A stretch of 63,006 nucleotides of DNA, the filler included, from Globobulimina sp. (Eukaryota): NCBI GenBank assembly GCA_003354225.1. It is 16 parts of 16 records of this genome, joined end to end, with 100 filler letters (N's around TTAATTAATTAA, not from the genome) between each part and the next. Parts side by side here need not be neighbours in the genome. Positions count along the whole stretch, not along the records: positions 23,679 to 27,523 come from PIVH01002004.1; positions 27,624 to 31,468 come from PIVH01002005.1; positions 31,569 to 35,413 come from PIVH01002006.1; 13 more parts are not named here. The stretch is one strand, 5' to 3'. Positions 23,710 to 35,513 of this stretch are shown piece by piece. The notes beneath the pieces were generated by a model. The model was not told the origin of the DNA, made no database searches, and was given only the letters and a program-made list of their open reading frames with translations. The position numbers were made by a program, and so were the translations under genes. Within the stretch, counting starts at the first letter, position 1, and every line of letters starts with the position of its first letter.

Positions 23710-25203
23710 CTAACCCAAACATTTCCTTTTATAATAGAGATGTGTAATTTGTGCAACTTCTTTAATTTTTTGAACCGCGCCCAATATTTGTTCTCTTGTA
23801 TGGTTGGCAGAGATACAAAATCTTATTCTTGAGAATAATATTGGCACCGCAGGGAACCCAACAACAACAACAGCGATACCTCTTTGTATTAATAAGCGCG
23901 ATGTCATGGCGATTTTTCCAGGATTACAAACAAGCATTGGCAACACAGCAGAACCATCGTCACCAACCACATATAAACCGGCGGCATCCAATTCATGTCT
24001 CATTAAATTACTCATATCATGCAACTGCTTTATTCTTTGTTTACCTTCATTCGAATCAATCACTTGAAACGCAGACAATATTTGCGATACACACGGCGGC
24101 GATAAACCAGCCGAAAACATTTGAGATGCACAGATTAAACGAATGGATTGAATTAAATCATGGCTCCCCGCAATATAACCGCCAATGGAACCGAATGATT
24201 TTGTAAAAGTGCCCATTAAAATGTCAACATCTTTGGTGTCCACATTGCAATATTCAGTCACTCCTCTTCCGCTCGCACCGACTGCGCCGATACTATGAGC
24301 TTCATCTAAGTATAAATAACATTTATATTTCTTCTTTATTCTGATAATGGACTCTAAATCGCATATTTCCCCTTCCATCGAATAAACGCCTTCAACAATA
24401 ATCAATATCTTTTTCCATGGTCGATGGGTGCGTGGTTGTCCACAAATAATTGCTTTCCTTACAATGGATTCTAATTTTTCCATATTGTCGTGTGGAAAGG
24501 TTTTAATTTTTGCGCCCGAGGTACGCGCACCGGTCACAATGGAATTATGATTAATGGCATCGGAGATAATTAGATTGCCTTTACCGCCGACAAGGGCAGG
24601 TATGGCGGTCGCATTTACGCCCCAACCCATACCAAACACCATGGCGTCATCCACCGATAAATATTTTGCTACTGTTTTTTCTAATTTATTATGTAATGAT
24701 GTGTTCCCACCGTATAACGGCGCCGTGTTAGTGCTACAACCATATTTTCCTAATGTTTGTAGTACATTTTTTTCGCACAATGGATGTCCGGGTTGCCCAA
24801 ATCCTAAATAATTATAAGAGGATAAATTTAAACATTCGTTATACTCATTGCTATTAAATGCATTGTTATTTATCAAAGACTCATATACATCATCTCGTAG
24901 GTGACATTCACCATTTTCTGGGAGATTGCGTTTAAGACATTTTATGGTGCCAGCAGCGGGCCCCGTTATTGGTCTATTAAAACAATCTATAATTCGACCA
25001 TATAAGCGTCTGCGAAAGAATCCTTCAAAATCACTTGTAATCGGTGCATAACCATCTGGTGCGGGTTTCGCCCATCCAAATGCTAAATCTATCCAATCGC
25101 GTGCATAACCTAACACTGTCAATATACCATATCCTAAATATGTTGTTAATTGAATGATAATATTGATATCTGTCTCAATTGGAACTCGTTTCACGTGTGG
25201 CAT
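23710..25203 (-). CDS. LCB2: Serine palmitoyltransferase catalytic subunit (LCB2/SPTLC2)
   Basis: 'LNLSSYNYLGF', 'GQPRTHRPWKKILIIVEGVYSMEG', 'YLDEAHSIG' and the PLP-lysine motif 'GTFTKSFG'. Confidence 0.95.
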   Translation of the reverse strand: MPHVKRVPIETDINIIIQLTTYLGYGILTVLGYARDWIDLAFGWAKPAPDGYAPITSDFEGFFRRRLYGRIIDCFNRPITGPAAGTIKCLKRNLPENGECHLRDDVYESLINNNAFNSNEYNECLNLSSYNYLGFGQPGHPLCEKNVLQTLGKYGCSTNTAPLYGGNTSLHNKLEKTVAKYLSVDDAMVFGMGWGVNATAIPALVGGKGNLIISDAINHNSIVTGARTSGAKIKTFPHDNMEKLESIVRKAIICGQPRTHRPWKKILIIVEGVYSMEGEICDLESIIRIKKKYKCYLYLDEAHSIGAVGASGRGVTEYCNVDTKDVDILMGTFTKSFGSIGGYIAGSHDLIQSIRLICASQMFSAGLSPPCVSQILSAFQVIDSNEGKQRIKQLHDMSNLMRHELDAAGLYVVGDDGSAVLPMLVCNPGKIAMTSRLLIQRGIAVVVVGFPAVPILFSRIRFCISANHTREQILGAVQKIKEVAQITHLYYKRKCLG

Positions 25204-25275
25204 TGTTGTTGTTTTTTAGTCAGTAAGAACTTTTTCCAATTTGTAAACAACTCAATATATATATCTGCATGAAAC

Positions 25276-26058
25276 ATGAGGCAATTAATAATCTTTATAC
25301 AATCAATATTGTATCACTATGAAAGAAGGGCAAACGTAAATCTTCCACACAATGTTAGAATTATGATAATTGAATTCAGCACAATATCGTTTTCAAAAAC
25401 TCATCATCAAAATAGTTTATTGGTGTCAGCGTCAAAGATAATATTAAATAAAGGAAAAACCATTGATTTAATGGTTTGCAATTTTATGAGTAATTCTCTA
25501 TTACCAACATCTCAAACAATTACATGTTTTTTAGATTTTCCAATTAATTTTGTTCCATTTTCAACATTAATAAATATAAAAATTCATTTCCGTATAAAAC
25601 GTAGAAAAATAAACAATGATTTGATGAAAAACATGGAAGATTTTACTTTATTGGATTGGACAAAAATGAATATGGACGATAATGACCATTGCCATGTAAA
25701 GCCTCGATGTTTATGGTTTGGATTAATTGAAATGCGCTCAAAAGATTGGTTTAAATATTCCTCAATGATTCCAGCGCCTGGCAATAAATGGACGGCTGAT
25801 CATATTTCACAAAATTCAAAAGTTATAATGGATTTATTATTAACATTTAAAAATAAACAATCCAAAAAAAGAGGAATTACATTCACATTTATTGATAAAT
25901 ATCAACATGATAATGATGGATATCAATATTTTTTTAGCCTAAATAAAAAGCAATTTTCCGATGAAAATTTTGATTCAAATAGAAAATGGTACATTGCATT
26001 GCAATCACTCTCCAAAGACATCATAAATGTTGAAAAAATTGAATGGCGAACCCAATAA
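25276..26058 (+). CDS. Hypothetical protein
   Basis: 260-aa ORF with an ATG, no recognised domain. Confidence 0.55.
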   Translation: MRQLIIFIQSILYHYERRANVNLPHNVRIMIIEFSTISFSKTHHQNSLLVSASKIILNKGKTIDLMVCNFMSNSLLPTSQTITCFLDFPINFVPFSTLINIKIHFRIKRRKINNDLMKNMEDFTLLDWTKMNMDDNDHCHVKPRCLWFGLIEMRSKDWFKYSSMIPAPGNKWTADHISQNSKVIMDLLLTFKNKQSKKRGITFTFIDKYQHDNDGYQYFFSLNKKQFSDENFDSNRKWYIALQSLSKDIINVEKIEWRTQ

Positions 26059-26164
26059 TTGTCAGAGTCACCTCACTCAGTCACTTTTCAGTCTTCACTC
26101 TTATATCCTAAATCTTGACTGCTATTCTGTTCTGTTCTGTTCTGCAACATAGCTATTAAATATT

Positions 26165-26698
26165 ATGATTTTATCTGCTTTTAATCTGACCAATGCGATT
26201 GGTAGCATAGGTGTCGTATTATCATTAATCGCTTATTGTGTAATACGTCGTATAAATAATGGAGGTCAAACTCTATCGCGGTTGTGTTGTTGTGCACGAA
26301 CTTGTTTTATTGTCGGTTTATTAAAAATGGGGATTGGAATTTTCGAGATAACATATTTTAGTTCAACAGGCGGTACATGGTGGGGATGGATATTGATTTT
26401 ATTTTCGATAGTTTGGATTGTTCGTGGTAATAAATTTCGAAGCCAAGCAGCAAATATCTCCGCTGGATATCAATCATTTAATGAGGAAGCAATAGCAAAC
26501 ATATCAAACAATACAAATAATACAAATAATATACAACCACGAAGTATAATATCTAATGCTCCGCAAGTTGTGATTGTGTCTGAGAATTCGAATGCATCCC
26601 TGGGCACTCTATCCAGTTCAATATATCCGGGAGGGGTTGCGGCGCCAAATGCATTGCAATTGGATCAACCTCTAATTCGAAACGCAGTTAAGTTATAA
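26165..26698 (+). CDS. Small multi-pass membrane protein
   Basis: Three hydrophobic segments and an N/S-rich tail. Confidence 0.55.
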   Translation: MILSAFNLTNAIGSIGVVLSLIAYCVIRRINNGGQTLSRLCCCARTCFIVGLLKMGIGIFEITYFSSTGGTWWGWILILFSIVWIVRGNKFRSQAANISAGYQSFNEEAIANISNNTNNTNNIQPRSIISNAPQVVIVSENSNASLGTLSSSIYPGGVAAPNALQLDQPLIRNAVKL

Positions 26699-27623
26699 TT
26701 AAATTATAATATACTTACTATAATATATAATATAATATATTATAGGTTCCGCCATCACCATTTATTGGTACACAAGGTAGTAATTCATATATTGTACCAT
26801 CAATACCAATGGCTATTACAATAACACCACGATCAGGTTCAAACACACCAATTGCAATCAGTGATGATACGCAGCCCCACGCTGAGGACTCAATTTACAT
26901 TTCAGATGATGACAAAAATGACATTGAACCGGAAACGCCCAAAGGAGCGCCAGAAAGAAAAACATCGGAAGGAAATGTTAGCTTTTCATAAATCATAATT
27001 GTAATGTACCACTGTTTAATTTAATTAAATTAAGTTATTCTCTGTATTAAATTACATACATATTAATATATTATTTTATTGTTTTTTGTGTGTTATTTTT
27101 GAGGAAATGTTTAAATCTTCCAAATTGTTTCGTTTTTATGACTTTAATTTTGTTTTGAGATTTTTATTTATGCGATGAATTTCGTCGTATATGAGTTTGT
27201 CGTAATTTTAAGGGATATGAAATCTGTAATTTGTTAGCCTCACATTCCTATACTCCAAATCTAGTCAGCAGTAAAATTAGAAGTAGAGGCCATGGGCAAC
27301 TATCTCTCAGTTGAAATGGCAAAACAATCACGAATTCAATTTTTTGTTTTATTATTTTTAATTGATGTTTATGATACAGTTCAGTACAATATTCCGTTTT
27401 TGTTATCTGGTAAAAAAAACACCACTTCAATCTATATAAAAAAACAAAGTATTTGCACGAATACCCAGCCGCACCAAAAGAAGACGAAATTCATAAAGTC
27501 ACAGAAAAAGGTGCATTTGCTAANNNNNNNNNNNNNNNNNNNNNNNNNNNNNNNNNNNNNNNNNNNNTTAATTAATTAANNNNNNNNNNNNNNNNNNNNN
27601 NNNNNNNNNNNNNNNNNNNNNNN

Positions 27624-27970
27624 AGAAGAAGAATTGGAAACAAAACAAGATGATCACTGGCAATGTTTTGATAGAAACTTAAAAAAACAACGATTTTGTA
27701 TTGAGTCGAAAAGGAAGCAATTCCCGAGGTTTTCTACGCGGTTTGAGCCGCAAACAAATAAATTTAATATTGACATGGTAATAAATAATAATAATAGAAT
27801 TGATTTAGATACTCTGTTTCAACATATTTCCAATACAAAACAAAACATTTGTAGTGCGCATCATATTCATATCAATGATTTTAAACATTATATATCTGAG
27901 CAGGAATTTGATAGTGATGCTTTAATGCAAGATTTCAATCAACAGCCAAAACTGTCAAACATCTTAAGCT
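27624..27970 (+). pseudogene. Host gene fragment interrupted by the putative transposon end
   Basis: Protein-like sequence ('YISEQEFDSDALMQD...SNIL') up to 27970. From CACAATA onward the frame reads like translated non-coding DNA. Confidence 0.45.
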
Positions 27971-30900
27971 CACAATATTGTTTTCGATTCGATTTTTTGC
28001 ATAATGGTTGGATCTGGAAAATAAAAAATAATAAGGTTCTGGACATCGGATTTCAAAAATTCAAATCTCTCGAGAATCCTGAAAGAGTCAGGAAAACGTT
28101 TCTGACAGTTAGAATTTGTGGTGTTAAACTTGAATTTTCGTTATTTTATACTTTTTTATTCATTTAGTCCAAAGTCAAAAACAATTTAGTCAATTTACCC
28201 ACATTTATGTCTGGAGCTGTATCTCACAACTTCACGAGCAAGCTGTACGTGTATATTGATGACGAAAATACACAGTCGCTCCATGAACCGCTATTTAAAG
28301 TCACGGGCTATATAGAAAGACCCAAATATGAACATTTCGAGGCATATAATCACAGTGTGACATACGGTACAAAATATAATCCAAAACATCACAGAAATGT
28401 CTTAAATAAATGGACTAAAGACCTCGCGAATAAGAAATATAATCATTTAAGAGTTAAAAAGAGCATAAAAGTGGATAAATTATCATCAGCGTTTGAAGCC
28501 ATTGAAGAATATGTTATAATGCATGGAACAGACCAATTGGCCATAGCAGTGGCAGCAATTGATACGGCTGCAACGTTAAAAAAATGTAACTCAAAAAAAG
28601 GCAAAATAAATCTCACCAAAGACATTGAAGAATTCAGCAAAGAATACAAGAAATTCCTATCAATCACCAATATACCAAAGGTTCCAAAGACTCCGATGCC
28701 CCGCAAAAAGGTTATATATACCAATGACGACGCACACAGTGATGAACAAAGCACCCAATCATTGCTAAGATCAATATCTAAACAAATATCAGCTATGAAA
28801 GAAACCATTGAACACAAACAACCGGAAATATTTACGCCAATGCCGTCCAGGACAATGACAAAAACACCAATAAGTTCCACAAAGACACCAAATACACGCT
28901 CATTGAAAGAATATCAAAATATGAATCCATTGGAAATAATTCGACATTTTGAAGAAAGAGAGAGAAAAAAAAATGCAGAAACACGCATTTTAATTGAGAA
29001 AAATGCCGTACTTAATTATAAAAACGGCGAATTAATAAAAACCTCAAAAAACCTCAAAAAACAAGTAAAAAGATCAAAAGATGCATTTACAAAATTAACT
29101 GGAAAGCAATATAAAAAGAATAAATTGAAAGCAAACGTAAAAAGCAGGCAAATGCATTCGAGAGAACAAGAAGCATTGGAATTAGTTAAAAAATGTGGAT
29201 TTGTTTCAGCGAATCCATTTATTTTGAAACAATTTAAAAAAATGTATAAAAATAATAAAATGTTTAAAAAAGAAATAAATAATATTGTGATGCCGAATAT
29301 TGTTATTTTGCTGAATAAAGGAATAAAAAATGATGAATGCGATCCAGAACAAGTTGAATTATATTTTACTTTAAATATTTGCGCCCATAATTCCATCCGT
29401 GATCAGTATACAATGCGCATAGGAATATGGGAAAAATATTTCGATAAAAAAAAGAATAAATGGCGCCAACGAAGAAAGAAAGATAACCGCGGTATATTTT
29501 TATCAATGGGAGTATCACCAAATCAATTCAGAGATATGCAACAACGTTTTAATGATAAATATCCATCATTGATGTATGTGAGACCGGAGCCAAACATATG
29601 GCATTTGGTCAATCCTATTGCTTGTATCATAACATATGCACAGGAATGGATGCAAAATACACAATTATCAGATGTTTGTGTGTTCCATGAAGATAAATTA
29701 AAGGTACATGTTTTTTTAGTTTGAAATCTTTTTATTTTGAAAAACTTTTTATTTTTGAAACATGTAACATTTTGTTGTGTTTGTTGTGTAACATTTATAA
29801 TATAATTGTGTCTGTTGTGTTTGTTTCCCTTTCAGATACAATATGCGAATGAATTGGCTGCATTGAGTGATGGACAGAAACTAACAATTAAACCTGAGAA
29901 TGTATTTAATAATGAATTGCAGATTGATGCATTTCCAATTGGTGGATGTATATTTACCTCAGCATCACATTTTATATATGTTTTATTTGAATTTTTTTCA
30001 AAACACGGTGCCTGTCCATTATTGACTGTTATTCCTGCGTTTACCACAGTCTCTGATAAATCAAAAGAGAGCAAAACTGTGTTGGATATTTTAGAACCAT
30101 TCCATAAAATTATGGAAGATGATGGAATAGTTATTCCCTCATTAAATTTACCGATTGAAATAAAAATAAATATTTACACATTTATTGGTGGCGATGCTGT
30201 GTTTGTATCATGGATACGGGGTATGGGGAATCATAATTTTGTCTATGGGAAATTATTTAACACTGTGAAATTTACAAAAGACCCATTAATTGATACAATT
30301 CCAGATATTTATCCATATAAATTGAAGCCAACATGGTTTAAGGAAGGGACATTTAAATTGATACGGAGCCTGAGAAGAATTGATAATTGGAAAGAATATC
30401 CAGAGAGATTATTGCCACACACTTTTATTGGTCGGGTGTGTTATGGAACACATCAATATGCATACAAGAGATTGATAAAAAAAATAAATGATGATTATGA
30501 AGGAGATGATTGCCACGCAAATCGATTGGCTGCAGCAAAAGAATTAGAACAAGCAGTTTTATATGACGCACATCGTCGCGCCTTCAATGAAGCACCGACA
30601 TTTGAAAATTTACATGCAAATAATGCATTATCTGGGTTTATGGCATCTCGGATAGAATGGAATGCAGAAAATCAATGGGGTCTGAAAAAAGATAAAATTG
30701 AAGCTGCGTTTACGATGATGGGAATAAATAATGCCACTAAGCAGTTATTGAGTGGTTTTATGACAAAAAAAGTTATAGAATTGATACCATTTCATTTCCC
30801 AGGCAATATTTCAAAACAAGTCTGGAGAAAATTATATCTTTTGTGTAAATTTATCTTGATGTTTTTATTAAATAAATCAAATATTATTCAATGTTTAGTA

Positions 30901-31468
30901 TTTTTAATTATGATTGAATGGATGCAATATGGTTTATATGTATTGCATATTCGAGATTGTTCAGACCAATCCGTTATTGATCAGGTGAAACAATGTCAGC
31001 TCAATAATAAAATAATTGATAATATATTCGATCATTTTTTCCCACATCATAAGACATCATATTTATTACGATATATTTATGAAGCATTTCCTGAAATGTT
31101 ACATTGGATAAAATATGGATCGCATAGAAAGGAAGGATCTGTGGTAGTAATTAAGCAAACAATTGAAGCGGTGAATAGGAGATCAAAGCGATTTGGTAAA
31201 CATGGCACAAATAAAACAGATCAAGCACCAAAAAGGATTTTATTTATGCACCATGTATCCAATTTATTAGGTTTGAAATATGGAGTTTGGAATATTCAAC
31301 AGTCAATAAATCGCAGCAAAAAACAAATTTTTTTTGATGAAGAAAAAGATCCCGGTAACTATGACATGCAAAATTATTCAACAAAAAGTGATATTGATTT
31401 GGAATCTTTGTATGCTGCTTTAAAAACGATAGATTCGATGGAAATACCAAGGAATATCGCAAGTGAAT
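27971..31468 (+). mobile_element. Putative Transib/RAG-like DNA transposon (left end plus transposase; right end not in the contig)
   Basis: CACAATA terminus resembling Transib TIRs and the RSS heptamer, followed by a RAG1-like transposase gene. Confidence 0.6.
28207..31468 (+). CDS. RAG1/Transib-like DDE-fold transposase, >1040 aa, two exons (intron 29704-29835), 3' truncated
   Basis: A phase-0 GT..AG intron fuses the two ORFs in frame. The motifs GGDAVF..IRGM, PTFENLHAN, FPGNISKQV, KTSY..FPEM and EGSV..KQTIEAVNRRSKRF occur in the same order as RAG1 core motifs. Confidence 0.7.
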
Positions 31469-31568
31469 NNNNNNNNNNNNNNNNNNNNNNNNNNNNNNNN
31501 NNNNNNNNNNNNTTAATTAATTAANNNNNNNNNNNNNNNNNNNNNNNNNNNNNNNNNNNNNNNNNNNN

Positions 31569-32232
31569 CAGCAGACAGTTAAGAATACGATTTCCAATGA
31601 CACCTCTATCGTCGAGGGAGCTGCCAAGACAACAAAACGTTGAACAATCGCCAGATGTGCGCGTCGCTCACTTTTCTACGCCAAATATAGATAAAAATGG
31701 TATTATATGACTGAATTAATGAGCAAATGCATAATATAATGTAACAGATATCACTTTTGATGTTGGTATGGACCGAATGAAGAGCATAGGGAGCGATGAA
31801 GAGGATGGCCCAGAAACGAAAAAGAAGAAGAAAAAGAAAAAGAAACATAATAAAGCGGCGCATAGACTGTTTTTGAAACGAGATGACAGTTTCGATGGAT
31901 TCTCATTGGAACATGACAAGGAAAAGGAAAAAGAGAAAAAGAGTCATAAAATATATGCCAAGGACGACATGATTGTGAGCTCCGACGAGTATAATACAGA
32001 CGAGCATAATCAGAATAGTCTGGATACGAAGAGGGTGGTTTCTGCCAATACACTGTTGTCACAGAATCGGATAATGCGGAAAAAACAAATCATTGTACTG
32101 AATGCATCAAAAGTAAAAAAGAAACGGGTTGTGAGCCCAGCGCCAATTAAATCAAAATCTGAATTTCAACTGTTATTAAGGCCGACTATGTCCGCCGATG
32201 CTATTGCCCTCAAAAAAAAGAACCAAAAGTGA
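31569..32232 (+). CDS. 3' part of an unknown Lys-rich protein
   Basis: ORF 31768-32232 is preceded by an intron-like segment ending in ACAG. Confidence 0.4.
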
Positions 32233-32399
32233 TATTTTTTGTTGATGTTTTGTGTCCACAGTCCTCGAACAGATCCGAAAGTGTGATTAAATTAATAAGT
32301 GAGGTCAGATAAATGAAATAAAAAAACTCTACATTTGAGTCTGAGAAAAGCAATGTCAGCTTGTTTGTCCGTTGCTTAACGTACCACGAACAAACGATA

Positions 32400-35336
32400 A
32401 TGACGAACAAAAATGACACCAACACCACCGAGTCCCAAGCAGATATAGACGGTGTAACCTTTGCCTATCGCTGTGATATTTGTTGGCAAGAATTGGATGA
32501 TACCGACATTCAGTTCAAACCCTGCCAGCGCTGTCATTTGCAAGTCTGCTTATTTTGCTTCAACAAACACACCACTCGCAAGGAATCATATGCTAAAACT
32601 TGCCCCAAATGTCGCGAACCCATCGACATGGACCAAATCATGAAGCAAAACCCCAACAATATGAAAGCCAAAGCCAACCCGCTTCGAAACAACAACAAAA
32701 AGAGAAAGAGGAAGAACAAAAAGGAAAACAAGGCCGATCGCGACACCACAGACAACAACAGCAACTCCATCGACATCGACGAAGAAGTGCCCAAAACGGA
32801 TTGGAAAAATTATCTCAAAGGGCGCTTCATTTCGCGCGACTCCATTATCGTCGCGCCGGTGATCGCCAAATTCAACCACGAGGAGGCCATTAGCGACAAC
32901 TTCAAAGTGTACGGCCGCATCACTCGCATCAATATGTGGGACGACGAATCGGCGCATATTATGTACGATAAACAATACTTTGTATGTAATTATGTGCAAT
33001 GTGCGAAAATGCGTAATTATATATAATGCGCCTCGACGCTGACAGGCCGATGCATTGGTGGACAAAATACAAGACGTAGCAGTGCGATATCAGGGACAAT
33101 TCGGTCTAATGTCTGCCAAATATCATTTTCGACGGTATTCTACGTGTAAATAATGTAAACATAGGCATATATATTGTATATACTATGCAGTCCATGTGAG
33201 GAGTTTATGGACCCCGAACGGCGCTGTCCTATGCAATGCAGGAAATTCCATGGTCCCTATTACAAGCTGGACTTCATCCCTTTGGACGAGTATTTGGATG
33301 AAGAGACGCGGGAACAATGGATCCAACACAGACGGAAACATGTCGTATGTGCTATTTCTTTGCTGTTTGTGAATGTGGGTGCTATGTATAAACAATTTCA
33401 TAGTCAGGCACAGTGAAGGCGCGCTATAAGAAATTTAGGAAGAAATTCATGGACGGCGCCAGTTTGCCGATGCCTGGCGATGAGAGCAAGAAGAAGCGAG
33501 AGCGGAGAGAGATGGACAATAATTATTATGCATATGACGAATACGAGTATGAATATTACGAAGATGGCGACTATGGATCCGGATATGACCGACGATATAA
33601 TGCACATTCACATGCACAGAATATGAACATGAATATGAATACCAATACGAATACGGTGACTTTGAAGTATAACGCCATGGGCAAAGCCAATAAATTATTA
33701 GCTTTGGACGACTCATTACAGAAACATATGCGACATCGACCAGGACAGCCCTTGCCGCCCTCGAGACCGCCACCACCGCCGCCACTGCCACAGCCACAAC
33801 CACTGCCTCTGCCCCACTCACAGCAGCACTCACAGCCGCACCCGCACCCACAGCCACACTCACACTCACAGTCACAGCCCCGTGCAAGCGATGACATATC
33901 GGACAAATCAGAGAGTATTACGGGTAGTAACAATGATGGAAATAATAGCAATTCTGGCTCGGTTGGGTCACAAAAGAGGACTCGGCCGCCAATACATCAC
34001 ACCACATCGGCCCAAATGCGGCCGTTTATGGCGAGCAACCCCAACATATTCAGTCAGCGCCATGGGAACAATAATGGTGGGCATAGCAGTCTGGTGAAAG
34101 GCAAAAAAGTTCAAAAATTAATGACTATGCAGAAAATGTGCAGAACTCAATCGGAGGACAGCAATGTTAACTTGCGCAAAATGATGCAACTGCGATCTGT
34201 TAAGTGCTGTGTTCAAAGCTAACATTTTTTGTATTGTTTTGCTGTGTGTTTGTTAGACGAAAAGTGATCCGGATTGCGAATATAATGCAAGTATGCATGG
34301 CATGCATGGCAGAAAGAGTCCATATCACGAACATGGCAATGGGTACAATAGTCACAACCGCGGTGACTACAACAAAGCCTTTTCGTCCTCAAGCAGCAGT
34401 TTGCAGAGACTATATTCCTCCGCACCGCCCTCGGCGCCAAAAGCAAAGCCCAAATCGAAAACCGTTGACTTACTGAAGTCACTCAAGAAAAAGAAACGAA
34501 AACAGCGCAGCAAAACCAAACCAAAATCCAAATTACAGCCCACACGGCAGCCCATCCCACATCATATCCCACACAAAAAACACGCAATCCATCACATCAT
34601 ATCTCAGCCAGTCATGCCCAAAGAGGCCCTGTCCAGTTTTAAGCCGCATAACAACCTCAATCTACACGTAAACCCCGCCTCTTTTGCCAACAATACGCTC
34701 ACTTTCAATCCCTATAATAACTATTCATTTGCCCCCAATCCCGCGCCCCGAACCTTCACTGCGGTGAGCCCCAAAAAATCCAAATTAAACGCAAACGCGG
34801 CGTCGTATAAACCATTAAGTGCCACTACGGCCGCCGCGGTCAAACAGAGTAAGAATTGCAACGTCTTTAAACTACCGCACATCCACAATATAAATAATAT
34901 AAATATACTGAACGTGGATTATGATTTTGGTGCAGCGCTAAATGAGAGCCATTTGGATTTGAAAGACCACGAAGACGAGAAAGAGAGCATGCACTTCCAT
35001 AACGAGATAAGTTCAGACGATTCGTCTGACGATGAATATGATATTGGCGTGAAATGGAGCATGGCTTCGTTATGGGACAAATTGTGTGACCTCATCAAGA
35101 AACAAAGGCCGACACAGCCGCAATGGCAGCATATTCGCAAGTTGCTAAAGGCCGAAATGAGTGTTAATGATTGGAAATACGTGAAAGAGAACAAGTTGAT
35201 TAAGAAAATCAAAGCGAAATTCCGCATGGAATTTGGGCAAAATAGCGATGCCGCTGCCGCTCCGATAGCAGCTGTGCACGTTTCGGGTGGTGACGGCGTG
35301 GAGGGTTTGTTGAATGGATTGGATTTGCGATTATGA
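32400..35336 (+). CDS. NOT4-like RING / RRM / zinc-finger protein with long low-complexity regions (multi-exon)
   Basis: C4C4 RING 'CDIC..LDDTDIQFKPC.RC..QVCLFC...CPKCR'. RRM-like 'FKVYGRITRI'. CCCH-like 'CEEF..C.MQCRKFH'. Several short introns. Confidence 0.7.
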
Positions 35337-35513
35337 TACCGAATATAGGAACAAGTCTATTTGCTTTTTCAACTTTCTGTTTCTTAACGCCTAGAGCTTT
35401 AAAATCCCATGGANNNNNNNNNNNNNNNNNNNNNNNNNNNNNNNNNNNNNNNNNNNNTTAATTAATTAANNNNNNNNNNNNNNNNNNNNNNNNNNNNNNN
35501 NNNNNNNNNNNNN

